From positions 1-64,000 of the IMG/VR virus record IMGVR_UViG_3300031669_000007: a DNA stretch of 64,000 nucleotides. One strand, written 5' to 3'. The notes under the pieces were generated by a model. That model was not told where the DNA came from and made no database searches. It was given only the letters and a program-made list of their open reading frames with translations. How positions within the stretch are numbered: position 1 is the first letter of the stretch; every line of letters begins with the position of its first letter. The position numbers and the translations under genes are program-made. Positions 10,411-19,580 of this stretch are shown here, one piece after another. Source of the stretch: a virus.

Positions 10411-10439
10411 GATTGAATATCCCTTGACTTAATAACGCT

Positions 10440-10467
10440 ATTATACACTCTTTTGCTGAAATGTCAA
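10440..10467 (-). promoter_or_regulatory. Early sigma70-type promoter for RNase H and array A
   Basis: TTGACA-N16-TATAAT. Confidence 0.85.
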
Positions 10468-10469
10468 GC

Positions 10470-10507
10470 AAAGAAAACCCCAGAATAATCAACTACTTAT
10501 CTGGGGT
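10470..10507 (-). terminator. Rho-independent terminator
   Basis: ACCCCAGA...TCTGGGGT stem followed by TTTCTTT. Confidence 0.75.
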
Positions 10508-10529
10508 AAACCTACATCTTAGGAGATGT

Positions 10530-10793
10530 TTAGTGAGATCCTGACCTGTTATCGCGTATAAAGTCTTGCATTCTTTCGAGTTCTTCGACAGTTTCCCAAT
10601 CTAACTTTTTCATATCATTTGAATCAAGAAGTCTAACTGACAAGTCCTCGTTAAACTCTAGCAGTGAACCACATTTGTAGCAAATGGATAAATCGCCTTC
10701 ACGAGGAATTGCTTCTCCGTCTGTCCCAGTTGCTGCGTTTAATGTCGCGCCGCATCCAGGACATTCGTGATCGTCAGTGAGCGTAGTAACCAT
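10530..10793 (-). CDS. Zinc-ribbon protein
   Basis: CPGC and CYKC pairs. Confidence 0.65.
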   Translation of the reverse strand: MVTTLTDDHECPGCGATLNAATGTDGEAIPREGDLSICYKCGSLLEFNEDLSVRLLDSNDMKKLDWETVEELERMQDFIRDNRSGSH

Positions 10794-10806
10794 CTTATCT
10801 TTTATA

Positions 10807-11925
10807 TTAGAAGGCATAAGCGTTGTATGTCTGTACGATCTTGGTGAAAGTAACTGTTGCGCCATCATCGTTAGCGTAGACGAATGTTCCTGCGGCCGCA
10901 TCAACTTTCTTCAAGTTAAGATAAGTGAAGTGGTATTCATTGTCTTGATCTTCGCGTCCAACCATACTTGCTGCACCATTTTCTGGTGTTTCGTCCCAGC
11001 ATTCATCGATGTTTTCAGCAGTGTCTGTATCAACTTTAGCGATGCTGAATTTTTCAGAAGTGATTGGGTTACCTCTCCATTCAGCAGGAGCAACTTCGTT
11101 GTCGGGCACCTGAACGCCCTTAACTTTCAGCGACACTTTGTAGCGGCCGCCGTCGCCAGCTTGTGGCTTCGCGTTAAGAAGTTTGATTGCTTCTTGCGCT
11201 GTTTCTTTGTAGCGATTCATTTCTTCGCAAAGTGCCTTGAGCAAGTCGAAGTTGAACTGCGAGAACATTGTGCTAATGCGGCAAACATTGTCGATCTGTC
11301 CTTGGTCATCCAGGTTTTCTTTGCAATACTCAATGATGAAATCAACATCAAGCCCAAGAAAGTCAAGCATGTAAAAAATACGACCAGGACGATTACGCAT
11401 ATTTTCGTCAATGCGCCACTTGTCGTTGCAAGTAAGCACGAACAGTTTCTTGGACGGAAATACGCCGTCGAGCAACGTAAGAATTGCTGTTTGCTCGTTG
11501 CTGTCATACACTTTCTCAAATTCATCAAACAAAATCATGCAGGGCTGCTCGATGGATTGGATAAGCGAATTAAAACCGTCGCCGGAGAAGGGAGTGTTGA
11601 TGATGATTGTTGGCATATTTTGCTCTGCTGCTTTAACAGACAGCATTTTGGCAAGAAGAGTTTTGCCAGAACCTTTTTCTCCAGCAAGCATCACGCCAGT
11701 AGAGTTTGGGCGAGTATTGAAAGTGTTGATCATGCGATCAGCATTTTTCAGAGTGTCGCCATAAATCTTTTGTGACATATCAAACGTGTCAACTATTTCA
11801 AAGAAAAAGTTACCAAACGGATCTTGTTTGATAATGTAATTACCGACCGGCAAGACTTTGTGCAAATCAAGCATTTCTTCATTTGCTGCGCGGAAGGTGT
11901 TGCCGTTCTTCATAAACATTGTCAT
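10807..11925 (-). CDS. AAA+ ATPase
   Basis: Walker A GEKGSGKT, Walker B ILFDEFEK, sensor LTCN, Arg finger NRPGR. Confidence 0.9.
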   Translation of the reverse strand: MTMFMKNGNTFRAANEEMLDLHKVLPVGNYIIKQDPFGNFFFEIVDTFDMSQKIYGDTLKNADRMINTFNTRPNSTGVMLAGEKGSGKTLLAKMLSVKAAEQNMPTIIINTPFSGDGFNSLIQSIEQPCMILFDEFEKVYDSNEQTAILTLLDGVFPSKKLFVLTCNDKWRIDENMRNRPGRIFYMLDFLGLDVDFIIEYCKENLDDQGQIDNVCRISTMFSQFNFDLLKALCEEMNRYKETAQEAIKLLNAKPQAGDGGRYKVSLKVKGVQVPDNEVAPAEWRGNPITSEKFSIAKVDTDTAENIDECWDETPENGAASMVGREDQDNEYHFTYLNLKKVDAAAGTFVYANDDGATVTFTKIVQTYNAYAF

Positions 11926-12005
11926 CGTGTTGTCTTTCTATTGAGTTAATTAAATTGTGTAACTACTATACTATGGTTCTTGCTATTTTGCAACTATTTC
12001 GGTTG

Positions 12006-12182
12006 CTATGATGTGCCTTGCCAGCGTAACGTAAAGAGCAAGGCGTCGGCATCTATCTCAAAATTCATGTAATATGCTTTTCTATACCACCGACCCGCAC
12101 AGTGAAAATCACACCATACCTTATATTCATATAGACGTGTCGTCCAATCTCCGGCACCCCAATCTCCTATATCAACTATCAT
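12006..12182 (-). CDS. FxLRW-family small protein (58 aa, absent from ORF track)
   Basis: Hand-translated: MIVDIGDWG...WCDFHC...FEIDADALLFTLRWQGTS. Confidence 0.75.
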   Translation of the reverse strand: MIVDIGDWGAGDWTTRLYEYKVWCDFHCAGRWYRKAYYMNFEIDADALLFTLRWQGTS

Positions 12183-12321
12183 ATTATCGCCGTCGGATCA
12201 AAGTATGGACTAAACAATTTCAAAAATGCTGCTCTTACAAGAGTTAAAGAAGGAACTCACCCATCTCAAATTTTAGTATCCTGTATTGTTTGTCACAAAG
12301 CAATTAAGGGAGTAGCTAACC

Positions 12322-12648
12322 TTACGAAATACCATCAGCACAATTAGTTATTCGTTCTTTTAAATTAGAATAAAAACTGTCCAGTTCACCACCAAACTTC
12401 CCGATCAGATGTGGCATACCAAAAAGAACCGTTGCGTAATCTTCTTTATCCCATGCTTCGATTACTGCTTGATGTAAATCAGTGAGTCTTTTCATGTCGG
12501 CCATTTCTTCAGGCGGAACCGATGCTGGATCTACGATGCAGTAGGCAGTTTGGTTGTTTCCTGCAATCTCAAATGTCTCGAGTTGAAGAACGACATATTT
12601 TTCTTTTATCTCATCAAAATTTTTGCAGTTGCCAAATATTATATGCAT
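12322..12648 (-). CDS. Hypothetical protein
   Basis: AGGA SD and TAAATA box at 12670-12675. Confidence 0.65.
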   Translation of the reverse strand: MHIIFGNCKNFDEIKEKYVVLQLETFEIAGNNQTAYCIVDPASVPPEEMADMKRLTDLHQAVIEAWDKEDYATVLFGMPHLIGKFGGELDSFYSNLKERITNCADGIS

Positions 12649-12690
12649 TTATTATCCTTTAGTTAAATATATTTAGTCTACATTGCGTGG

Positions 12691-12698
12691 TATAAATA
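12691..12698 (+). promoter_or_regulatory. T4-type late promoter box
   Basis: TATAAATA 4 nt before ATG 12703. Confidence 0.7.
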
Positions 12699-12702
12699 CT
12701 TT

Positions 12703-13455
12703 ATGAAAAAACTTACATTAGATGAATTTCTATATCGATCAGAAAAGCAACATAAAAACAAATATGACTACTCTTTAGTAAATTATCAAAATGTAGATGC
12801 CGAAGTTCAAATTAAATGCATCAAACATAATTTTATTTTTTCTCAAACTCCATATTATCATATGCGTGGTTTTTGTAGATGCCCATCGTGTAAGATTGAA
12901 AAACAAAAAGAAACATTCTTAAAAAATTTCGGTGTTGATAACCCAATGAAAGACACCAACAAACAAAAGCAAGCAATCAAAACTAAAAAACAAAAATATA
13001 ATGATGACTGGAATAACACCAAAAAATTAAGATCTACTTTATTGGAACGATATGGAGTAGACTGGAATTCTAAAATACCTGAGGTGTTTGAAAAACAACA
13101 AAGTAGGCAGCGAACTAATAAATCTTATTCTTTCCCATCTGGCAATACATATAATGTTCAAGGATATGAGTCAATGGCAATCGACCTCTTACTAAAAGAG
13201 GGTTATGCAGAAGAAGATATTCTCTTAAAAAATCGACCATCAATAACTTATCAAACATATGATTCTAAATTAAGTCTATACCACCCAGATATTATCTTAT
13301 CAAAAGAAAAAAGAATAATAGAAGTTAAATCTACATATACGGTTACTATTGATAAAAACTTGCAACAAAAACAAAATGCCTGCAAAAATCAAGGTTGGTT
13401 ATTTGAAGTCTGGGTATTTGATAAGAAAGCAAATTTAGTTAGAAAATTTTCATAA
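12703..13455 (+). CDS. Putative homing endonuclease, PD-(D/E)xK type
   Basis: KYDYSLVNY/CxxH/CPSC Zn module, YGV repeats, YHPDI...IEVKS core; opposite strand to neighbours. Confidence 0.75.
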   Translation: MKKLTLDEFLYRSEKQHKNKYDYSLVNYQNVDAEVQIKCIKHNFIFSQTPYYHMRGFCRCPSCKIEKQKETFLKNFGVDNPMKDTNKQKQAIKTKKQKYNDDWNNTKKLRSTLLERYGVDWNSKIPEVFEKQQSRQRTNKSYSFPSGNTYNVQGYESMAIDLLLKEGYAEEDILLKNRPSITYQTYDSKLSLYHPDIILSKEKRIIEVKSTYTVTIDKNLQQKQNACKNQGWLFEVWVFDKKANLVRKFS

Positions 13456-13982
13456 GCCTCTGTTGAAGTAAGAATTTCTGGATAATCTTGCAAGTCTCTA
13501 AGAGAGACGGGATAATTTTCTTTTTCCGGCCAGTGTTGACCACGACTATGCATAAAGTGATATGCTTCAATAAACTGCGCTTTCTTATCATAATAATGAC
13601 AAATTTTTTGTTCTTCTTCTGTTGGTTGTCTACCTAAAAATTTCTCATTGACAATAAATAATAGTCGATCTTCAACCTCCTTAACTGCTTTTCTAATAGA
13701 TACAATGTGTTTAACCGGTGACGGTATATCGCCAATATATGTTTCTGCCGCATCATGCAATAAACCTATCATTGCCAATCCATTGTTTTTATATTCGTGA
13801 AACATTAAATCAGCAACAAAAATACAATGTTGAGCAACTGTTGGCGGAACTGCTGTTACCGTCTGTCCGCAGAAGCGCGACATTCGCGATAATCCCCACG
13901 CAATATCTTCAATATTTATAGTGTTTGGGTCAGGGTTTGATAAATCAACGAGTTGCCCAGTAACTGTTTCTAATTTACGCAT
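13389..13982 (-). CDS. HD-domain phosphohydrolase (YfbR/YfdR-like)
   Basis: IEDIAWGLS, RFCGQ, VAQHC, LLHDAAE, GDIPSP. Confidence 0.85.
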   Translation of the reverse strand: MRKLETVTGQLVDLSNPDPNTINIEDIAWGLSRMSRFCGQTVTAVPPTVAQHCIFVADLMFHEYKNNGLAMIGLLHDAAETYIGDIPSPVKHIVSIRKAVKEVEDRLLFIVNEKFLGRQPTEEEQKICHYYDKKAQFIEAYHFMHSRGQHWPEKENYPVSLRDLQDYPEILTSTEAYENFLTKFAFLSNTQTSNNQP

Positions 13983-14256
13983 TGTCTTCTTCTTTGTGTA
14001 GTGAGACTACGTTTGATTCGCTAATTTCTTTATATCGGATAGACTTAACATAATCAATCTTAATCTCTAACCACCCATCACTTGTTTGAAAGTTAATAAA
14101 GTGATCGGTAGTCAGAATATTCCAAACCTTGAGCTCCAATACTTCGTTATCAATTAATATAATCTCTACGTCGCCGTATTCTTTTGGTTCATCATCAACT
14201 TCTGTTAGTTCATCGACAACTTCTGTCTGTTTTACTTTATTACTAAATGGCCACAT
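13975..14256 (-). CDS. Hypothetical protein
   Basis: ORF in operon; start MWPF with GAGGA SD. Confidence 0.55.
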   Translation of the reverse strand: MWPFSNKVKQTEVVDELTEVDDEPKEYGDVEIILIDNEVLELKVWNILTTDHFINFQTSDGWLEIKIDYVKSIRYKEISESNVVSLHKEEDNA

Positions 14257-14514
14257 GTTATTCTTCCTCTTCTTCGTCGTTATTAGTTTCTTTCCTGACA
14301 GGAGCAAATGCTGCCCATAGTATGTATCCAAGAGTTATAACAAGAGCAGAACCAATCAATACAGCAAGAATTATTGGATGTAGAAAAATAAGAATTAAAA
14401 CAGAAATAAGCAACAGGGTGCCGATAATACTTTTCACGCTATTTCTTAGATCTTTTCTTGCCAGTGCTCTATCCTTTTCTGTCGGTAGAATGCCATTGAT
14501 ATACTTCTTAACTT

Positions 14515-14838
14515 TCATACTTGTTCCTTTGGTAAATAAGTTAGCACTTCCCATACTCGTTCTTTATCTCTCTCGAGTTCTCGCTCTGTCATTTCTCTTC
14601 GATAAGTATTTTCTGTCCAACACTCACATAAAGAATGCTTGTCTTCCATAAATGTAATATCAGGGAAAAATTCAGGACAGAGACAACCATACCCAATTAT
14701 CTCTGTAACTTTTCCTTTTACAAAAGGATCTTTATTCCACGGATGAGCGTTAATTGGTTGTTGAAACTGACAATTGCAACAACAACTACCGTGAGCTGAG
14801 AATCCATTTATATCATTCTTGTCACACGGGTTATTCAT
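14515..14838 (-). CDS. Cys-rich hypothetical protein
   Basis: CCCNC, GYGC, CECW. Confidence 0.6.
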   Translation of the reverse strand: MNNPCDKNDINGFSAHGSCCCNCQFQQPINAHPWNKDPFVKGKVTEIIGYGCLCPEFFPDITFMEDKHSLCECWTENTYRREMTERELERDKERVWEVLTYLPKEQV

Positions 14839-15602
14839 TATAAAAGTCTATTTGAAGAATATATCTTTTTCATCATTCCTTTGGTCCATCCTTGAGAAAT
14901 ATATTCATCTAACTTTTCTATTTCAATTCGACGAGAAATTTGTGCCCAAGGTAAAGTTGCCCAACAGGTCCCAAACTGTGAATTCTTTTTTCCTTGTGCA
15001 TGACCAATTTTTTTGAATGTATTTTTCTGTTTTTCTCTAGCTTTTGGTGTTTTTGAATTTATTCGTGCCGTGCAGTTTGGATCAAAGAAGGCAGTTTTAT
15101 TTTGTCTTTGAAGATTTGTGGCAGCTTTCCCTCCAAGTTTCCCCCATTTACTCTGTGTCTCTGAACTAAATCTACCCAATTTTCTTTCTCTTAGCATTGT
15201 TACAAATGTCATGTCTCCAGGTTTGTTTGTGACACTGCCGCCGTTTAATCCATTATTGTTGATATAATCAAATCCGCCATCTAATCCATTTTCAGGTTTT
15301 TCATTTGCCCACACCTTTTTGCCGGTTATTGTATCTTTTGCTTTGACAATATCCCATTGTTCTGAACACATTAAAGCAAACTTAGTGAGTTCTTCTTTCT
15401 CTGTATATAAGCAATACCAAATAGTTTCAACTTGATCTTCTCCGTGGATTCGTAGGTGGTTCCCCCAATAATTTCCAGATCCGTTATATTCATATAGTAG
15501 ATAATTTTCTGATCCAGATGTCTTACCCAAATACAATAAGCCGGTAACCGCATGTCGCTTAATATAAAGGTATGTAGGATTAAATATTTTTTCTATTAAC
15601 AC
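14838..15602 (-). CDS. Putative GIY-YIG-like (Seg-type) homing endonuclease
   Basis: PTYLYIKRH..TGLLYLGKT, YNGSGNYW, WANEKPENGLDG; paralogue of 29546 and 37518. Confidence 0.75.
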   Translation of the reverse strand: MLIEKIFNPTYLYIKRHAVTGLLYLGKTSGSENYLLYEYNGSGNYWGNHLRIHGEDQVETIWYCLYTEKEELTKFALMCSEQWDIVKAKDTITGKKVWANEKPENGLDGGFDYINNNGLNGGSVTNKPGDMTFVTMLRERKLGRFSSETQSKWGKLGGKAATNLQRQNKTAFFDPNCTARINSKTPKAREKQKNTFKKIGHAQGKKNSQFGTCWATLPWAQISRRIEIEKLDEYISQGWTKGMMKKIYSSNRLL

Positions 15603-16137
15603 CCAACATCCCTAATTCTTTGAAGACTTGCTGAACTCCTCTTGCTTGATGATAGGCATCTGCTAATGCATTATGAGCATCTAAATTATTTTTGGGTCTT
15701 GGGTCTCCTATTAAAGAAAACAATGTTCTGCTGTCTCGGATTTGCCAATAATTCCAAGGGATTGGCTTACCTAACATGCGATATAAGTTTTCTAAAATTA
15801 CAATATCAAATGTCGTCCCGTGAGCATAAATGTCATTGACGCCAACAATATACTTGTTGAGTTGAGTTGTAAAATCTTCAAGCGATATGCGATTCTCTAC
15901 TGAGAATGCTTCTTCTTGCGATTCTTTAGATTGCTTTCCCCACCACTCAACTGTGTCGTGATTTATTGTCCTACCAAGTGCTGTTTGTTCGTCCATATCA
16001 AGTCTCAGATAAATTGCAGACGAATCGTCTGGATCCTTTTCTGAAAACTTATCAAACTTTACTGCACCAAAAGTTAATACTACTGATGTTGGGCTCGTAT
16101 CCAACGTTTCTAAGTCGAGCATTAGGTCTTGAGCCAT
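15580..16137 (-). CDS. DEDDh 3'-5' exonuclease/exoribonuclease
   Basis: MLDLETL, FDIVIL, RDSRT, HNALADA. Confidence 0.85.
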   Translation of the reverse strand: MAQDLMLDLETLDTSPTSVVLTFGAVKFDKFSEKDPDDSSAIYLRLDMDEQTALGRTINHDTVEWWGKQSKESQEEAFSVENRISLEDFTTQLNKYIVGVNDIYAHGTTFDIVILENLYRMLGKPIPWNYWQIRDSRTLFSLIGDPRPKNNLDAHNALADAYHQARGVQQVFKELGMLGVNRKNI

Positions 16138-16448
16138 TAAATTGCCTGCTCCAAACGAACCAGCAACGGAAATCCGTTGTTTCGTGCAAGAACACTCACG
16201 TCCATGCCTTTTTGTTCTGCGAGCTCGTAAGGTAAAACAGCAACCACCGCTGATCCATCTTCATGAACCTTAGCGCATAGTTCTGCTGCTGATTCTTCTG
16301 AGTGATCAAAAATTTCAACTAAACTCGTGATAACGAATTCCATTGTTGTTATCTCATCATTCATATAAATTACATTATAGAGCGAAGGTGGAGCCAAGTC
16401 AGTTTTAGGCTTAATCTTCTCTCTTGTTGATGTGTCTGTCATTGCCAT
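16137..16448 (-). CDS. clpS: Clp protease adaptor ClpS
   Basis: PSLYNVIYMNDEITTMEFV, VHEDGSAVV, AEQK, FPL. Confidence 0.93.
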   Translation of the reverse strand: MAMTDTSTREKIKPKTDLAPPSLYNVIYMNDEITTMEFVITSLVEIFDHSEESAAELCAKVHEDGSAVVAVLPYELAEQKGMDVSVLARNNGFPLLVRLEQAI

Positions 16449-16465
16449 GCTATTTCCTTTAGTGT

Positions 16466-16483
16466 GGGCGGGTTTCCCCGCCC
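16466..16483 (-). other. GC-rich stem-loop between sHSP and clpS
   Basis: GGGCGGG-GAAA-CCCGCCC, no U-tract. Confidence 0.7.
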
Positions 16484-16489
16484 GTTAGT

Positions 16490-16960
16490 TTACTCTGCTT
16501 TTTTCAACTGTTTCAGTTTTCTAATTTCAATCTTTCGAGGTTTATGTTCCTCTGGGACTTCAACTTCAAGGTCGATGATAAGCATTCCGTCTTCGCATTT
16601 TGCTCCTCTTACGACTACATGTTCTGCAAGATTAAATGTGCGCTCAAATGAACGAGCACTTATTCCCTGAAATACATAGTCTTGTTTTTCGCGCTCTTGT
16701 TGTTTGCCTTTAACCGTTAGAACATTTCTTTCTAATGTAATGTCGAGTTCGGAATCTTTAAATCCCGCAACTGCTATATGAATAGCATAGCACATATCGT
16801 TCAATTTTACAATATCATACGGTGGATAATTAACCGAAACCGATGCAGCGGATGCACGGTCTAAGTCGGCGAACATTCGGTCGAATCCGATTGAAGAGCG
16901 ATGTAAGTTTGCAACAAGTGAGGGTAGATCGAGGGTTGTGAGACGTGTAGATTGATTCAT
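16490..16960 (-). CDS. Small heat-shock protein (Hsp20/IbpA family)
   Basis: IGFDRMF, NYPPYDI, AVAGF, GISARSFERTF, DGMLII. Confidence 0.95.
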   Translation of the reverse strand: MNQSTRLTTLDLPSLVANLHRSSIGFDRMFADLDRASAASVSVNYPPYDIVKLNDMCYAIHIAVAGFKDSELDITLERNVLTVKGKQQEREKQDYVFQGISARSFERTFNLAEHVVVRGAKCEDGMLIIDLEVEVPEEHKPRKIEIRKLKQLKKAE

Positions 16961-16966
16961 TGTTTT

Positions 16967-17024
16967 TCTCCTTTATTAAGCAAGATCAATATATGTAAGA
17001 CCCGGCTAATCCAGCATCTTACAT
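16967..17024 (-). promoter_or_regulatory. ROSE-like RNA thermometer in sHSP 5' UTR
   Basis: UCUUGCUU pairs with AAGGAGA SD with bulged G; upstream hairpin AUGUAAGA/UCUUACAU. Confidence 0.65.
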
Positions 17025-17027
17025 TAT

Positions 17028-17035
17028 TATTTATA
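17028..17035 (-). promoter_or_regulatory. Late promoter box
   Basis: TATAAATA just upstream of the sHSP leader. Confidence 0.65.
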
Positions 17036-17084
17036 CGCGGTTATGGGAGAAAAGTAAAGATAACCGGTTAGAAATTTAACCGAT

Positions 17085-17339
17085 TTAATACATCTTCTTT
17101 GGCATTGATTCAGCGGCCAATTTTTTATTCCAACGATTTTTCCCTGCTGCCATCTTTTCCTTACGGCGTGTGGTTGGTTTAACGTATGCTTCTCTACTGC
17201 GTAGGTCAAGCAAAAGACCAGAGTCTCTTACTTTGTTTTTCCATTTTCTGAGTGCTTGGTCGAATTTTCCGTCACGAACATGAACGGTGTTTCCTTCACA
17301 AATTACTGCATCGGTTGTGTTATTTCGGTAGTTTGCCAT
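17085..17339 (-). CDS. rpsU: Ribosomal protein bS21
   Basis: VRDGKFDQALRKWK...LRSREAYVKPTTRRK...MPKKMY; TATAAATA at 17364-17371. Confidence 0.9.
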   Translation of the reverse strand: MANYRNNTTDAVICEGNTVHVRDGKFDQALRKWKNKVRDSGLLLDLRSREAYVKPTTRRKEKMAAGKNRWNKKLAAESMPKKMY

Positions 17340-17393
17340 TGGTTCCTTATTAAGTGTTAGTATTATTTATATATCTAAAATGCAGTGAAAATA

Positions 17394-19226
17394 TTATTTT
17401 GGTTGATCAAGATACCTTGCAACTTGCTCCTGTTCAGTGTGGTTTAAATCATCGATGTCGTATTCGCCTGTGCTAATCTTTTCAACAAGCAAGCGAATAT
17501 ATTCTTTGTCATATGCGTAAGCTGAAGTGACATCTTTATCAATCTCGATCCACCTTGTGCCTACCCACTTGAACAGCTTGCTTGGCATATAATCAACTCT
17601 TAGAAATAAATCTCCGTTACCTGGATTGGGCGGGAAAATTACACCAAAGCTTGCGTTTCCTCCTTTTGGCATATCTGCTGTTACTACAAATACATTTTCT
17701 TCTGCCTTATCGACATCGCTATTGCTCTCCATTTGAGTATGTTCTTTAACTTTATCAATTGAATTAGATTCTTCGATTTGCTCAAGCAACGAACTTTTTT
17801 CGTGTAGTTCTGTTTGAAGTGCCGAATATAAGTCTTTTATTGTTACTTCTTTATTATATATTTCCTGAGTCAACGATAATTCTTTATCAGTTAGATTTTT
17901 CTTAGCAATGACGATCTCATTATTTTTTTCTTCTATTATTTTTTGTAAGTCTGTTAGGTCTAACAGAGCAGAATTAATTTGAGTATCCTTGCTATCTATT
18001 TCAGCTTGCAATGCTGTTAGCATCTCTTCATACAAAGAACTTTGTTCTTCGCTTGCCTTCTTTGCCTTTTCTTCTAACTCAGATTTCTCATCAAGTAACG
18101 AGTCGTAGCTATCTATTAGCGTTTTAAGCTGTCCCCTTAATGTGCTATCAGCAGTTACTAAATCAGAACACTCTTCCTCAAGTGAGAATATAACAGGAAC
18201 CAAGTTGTTAAAATCGTCTGTTACTTTTTTCAATGACGCAGTAAGCTCTGTTATTTCCTCCTCAATCTGCGAAGTTTCTGCTTGTCGCTGCTGTAACTCA
18301 TCGTTTCTCTTTCTTTCCTCATCAAGCAATGCTGCTAGTCTATCGCTCTCTGATGTATCAACAACAATTTTCTCTGCGACTATTTCTTTAGGAGGTAAGT
18401 CAACTATTTGTTTTGATGCTATTCTTTTTCGTTCTTCTTTAATCCAATCCATCGAAGTTGTTGCCGCAAGCAATAGCATAATTGCAAGCGGATCAAACAC
18501 AACAACGATAATAATAATTACAAGTCTGACTGCTGCTTCAAGAGTATTTTGGTCGGGGTTTGCTCCATAAATAACTGCTGCAATATACTGTATTGGCCCA
18601 ACATCTGCAATCGCAGTTCTTAATTTGCTCGCAATTGGTGCTTTCTCTGATTGCAATTTAACGATATCATTTTGCGCCCTATCTATGTCGTCGGATAACC
18701 TTGCTCTATCTTTTGATTGACTGCGACGAATGTATAAAGCTCTCTCTGCTGCGCTCTGAGTATATGTTCGCCCATCTCTAAGTTTTATATCTCTGCTTGT
18801 GCCCTGAGATATTTCGTTATTTACTACATCATCTAATTGTTTTATAAGATTTCTATCGCTTGCAATGTTATCTCTGTCGTTCTGAATTTTCTCATCAAAC
18901 ACAGAAACCTGAGCTGCAATATCGCCTGACGGAACAGCCTGGTCTAAGTGAGCCTTGCTCAAGAAACCAAACGACCCCATACTGGTAATTCCCATCAATA
19001 TGATAACGGCCGGAACCAAGTAAAGTTTTAGTCTTAGCGGTGACTTATCCCAGTTATAATGCAACCATGCCGTCGTAACAATCTTCGAGAATTCTAACGT
19101 GGCTCCCATTATTATGATAGGAAGTGGCATAGCTGCAAAGATTGCGACCAGTCCCAATACGCTATAATAAGCACTTACAGCAGACAAAGATAGTGCGGCA
19201 AACAAAGTAATCAGTGATACAAACAT
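17394..19226 (-). CDS. Membrane-anchored coiled-coil protein
   Basis: N-terminal TM helices, further TM near aa 235-258, long coiled coil, C-terminal FPPNPGNGDLFLRVD module. Confidence 0.7.
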   Translation of the reverse strand: MFVSLITLFAALSLSAVSAYYSVLGLVAIFAAMPLPIIIMGATLEFSKIVTTAWLHYNWDKSPLRLKLYLVPAVIILMGITSMGSFGFLSKAHLDQAVPSGDIAAQVSVFDEKIQNDRDNIASDRNLIKQLDDVVNNEISQGTSRDIKLRDGRTYTQSAAERALYIRRSQSKDRARLSDDIDRAQNDIVKLQSEKAPIASKLRTAIADVGPIQYIAAVIYGANPDQNTLEAAVRLVIIIIVVVFDPLAIMLLLAATTSMDWIKEERKRIASKQIVDLPPKEIVAEKIVVDTSESDRLAALLDEERKRNDELQQRQAETSQIEEEITELTASLKKVTDDFNNLVPVIFSLEEECSDLVTADSTLRGQLKTLIDSYDSLLDEKSELEEKAKKASEEQSSLYEEMLTALQAEIDSKDTQINSALLDLTDLQKIIEEKNNEIVIAKKNLTDKELSLTQEIYNKEVTIKDLYSALQTELHEKSSLLEQIEESNSIDKVKEHTQMESNSDVDKAEENVFVVTADMPKGGNASFGVIFPPNPGNGDLFLRVDYMPSKLFKWVGTRWIEIDKDVTSAYAYDKEYIRLLVEKISTGEYDIDDLNHTEQEQVARYLDQPK

Positions 19227-19329
19227 TAATTTTCCTTTTGTGGTAGAGATATCAAGTGTATCTAATATTTACCAAATATTAAAAATAGTATATACGACTT
19301 TAATACAGGAAATCAAGAAAACCGAACGA

Positions 19330-19572
19330 TTAAAGAACTGTTGCGTCCTTACCGATACCGCTAACATAGTTAGGGTCTTTTGTGAATGGGTGCGGTTCTG
19401 TTGGAGAAACCGTTCCGGGTGACGTGTATTGGTTGTATGGACGATAACTGTTTGTTCCAACACTCTGTCTATCTGGTGCTGCTTCGACACCCAACTTACG
19501 GTCTCGGCGTTGCGCCTTAGTTAGAGGGTTAAATAACAGGTTATTTCCGAAATTTTGGTATGAGTTGGACAT
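19330..19572 (-). CDS. Small late protein
   Basis: TAAATA 5 nt upstream of ATG. Confidence 0.6.
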   Translation of the reverse strand: MSNSYQNFGNNLLFNPLTKAQRRDRKLGVEAAPDRQSVGTNSYRPYNQYTSPGTVSPTEPHPFTKDPNYVSGIGKDATVL

Positions 19573-19580
19573 ACAAGTAT

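Noticed and set aside
10777-11775. 332-aa plus-strand ORF
   Set aside because: Antisense shadow of the AAA ATPase; no motifs or SD
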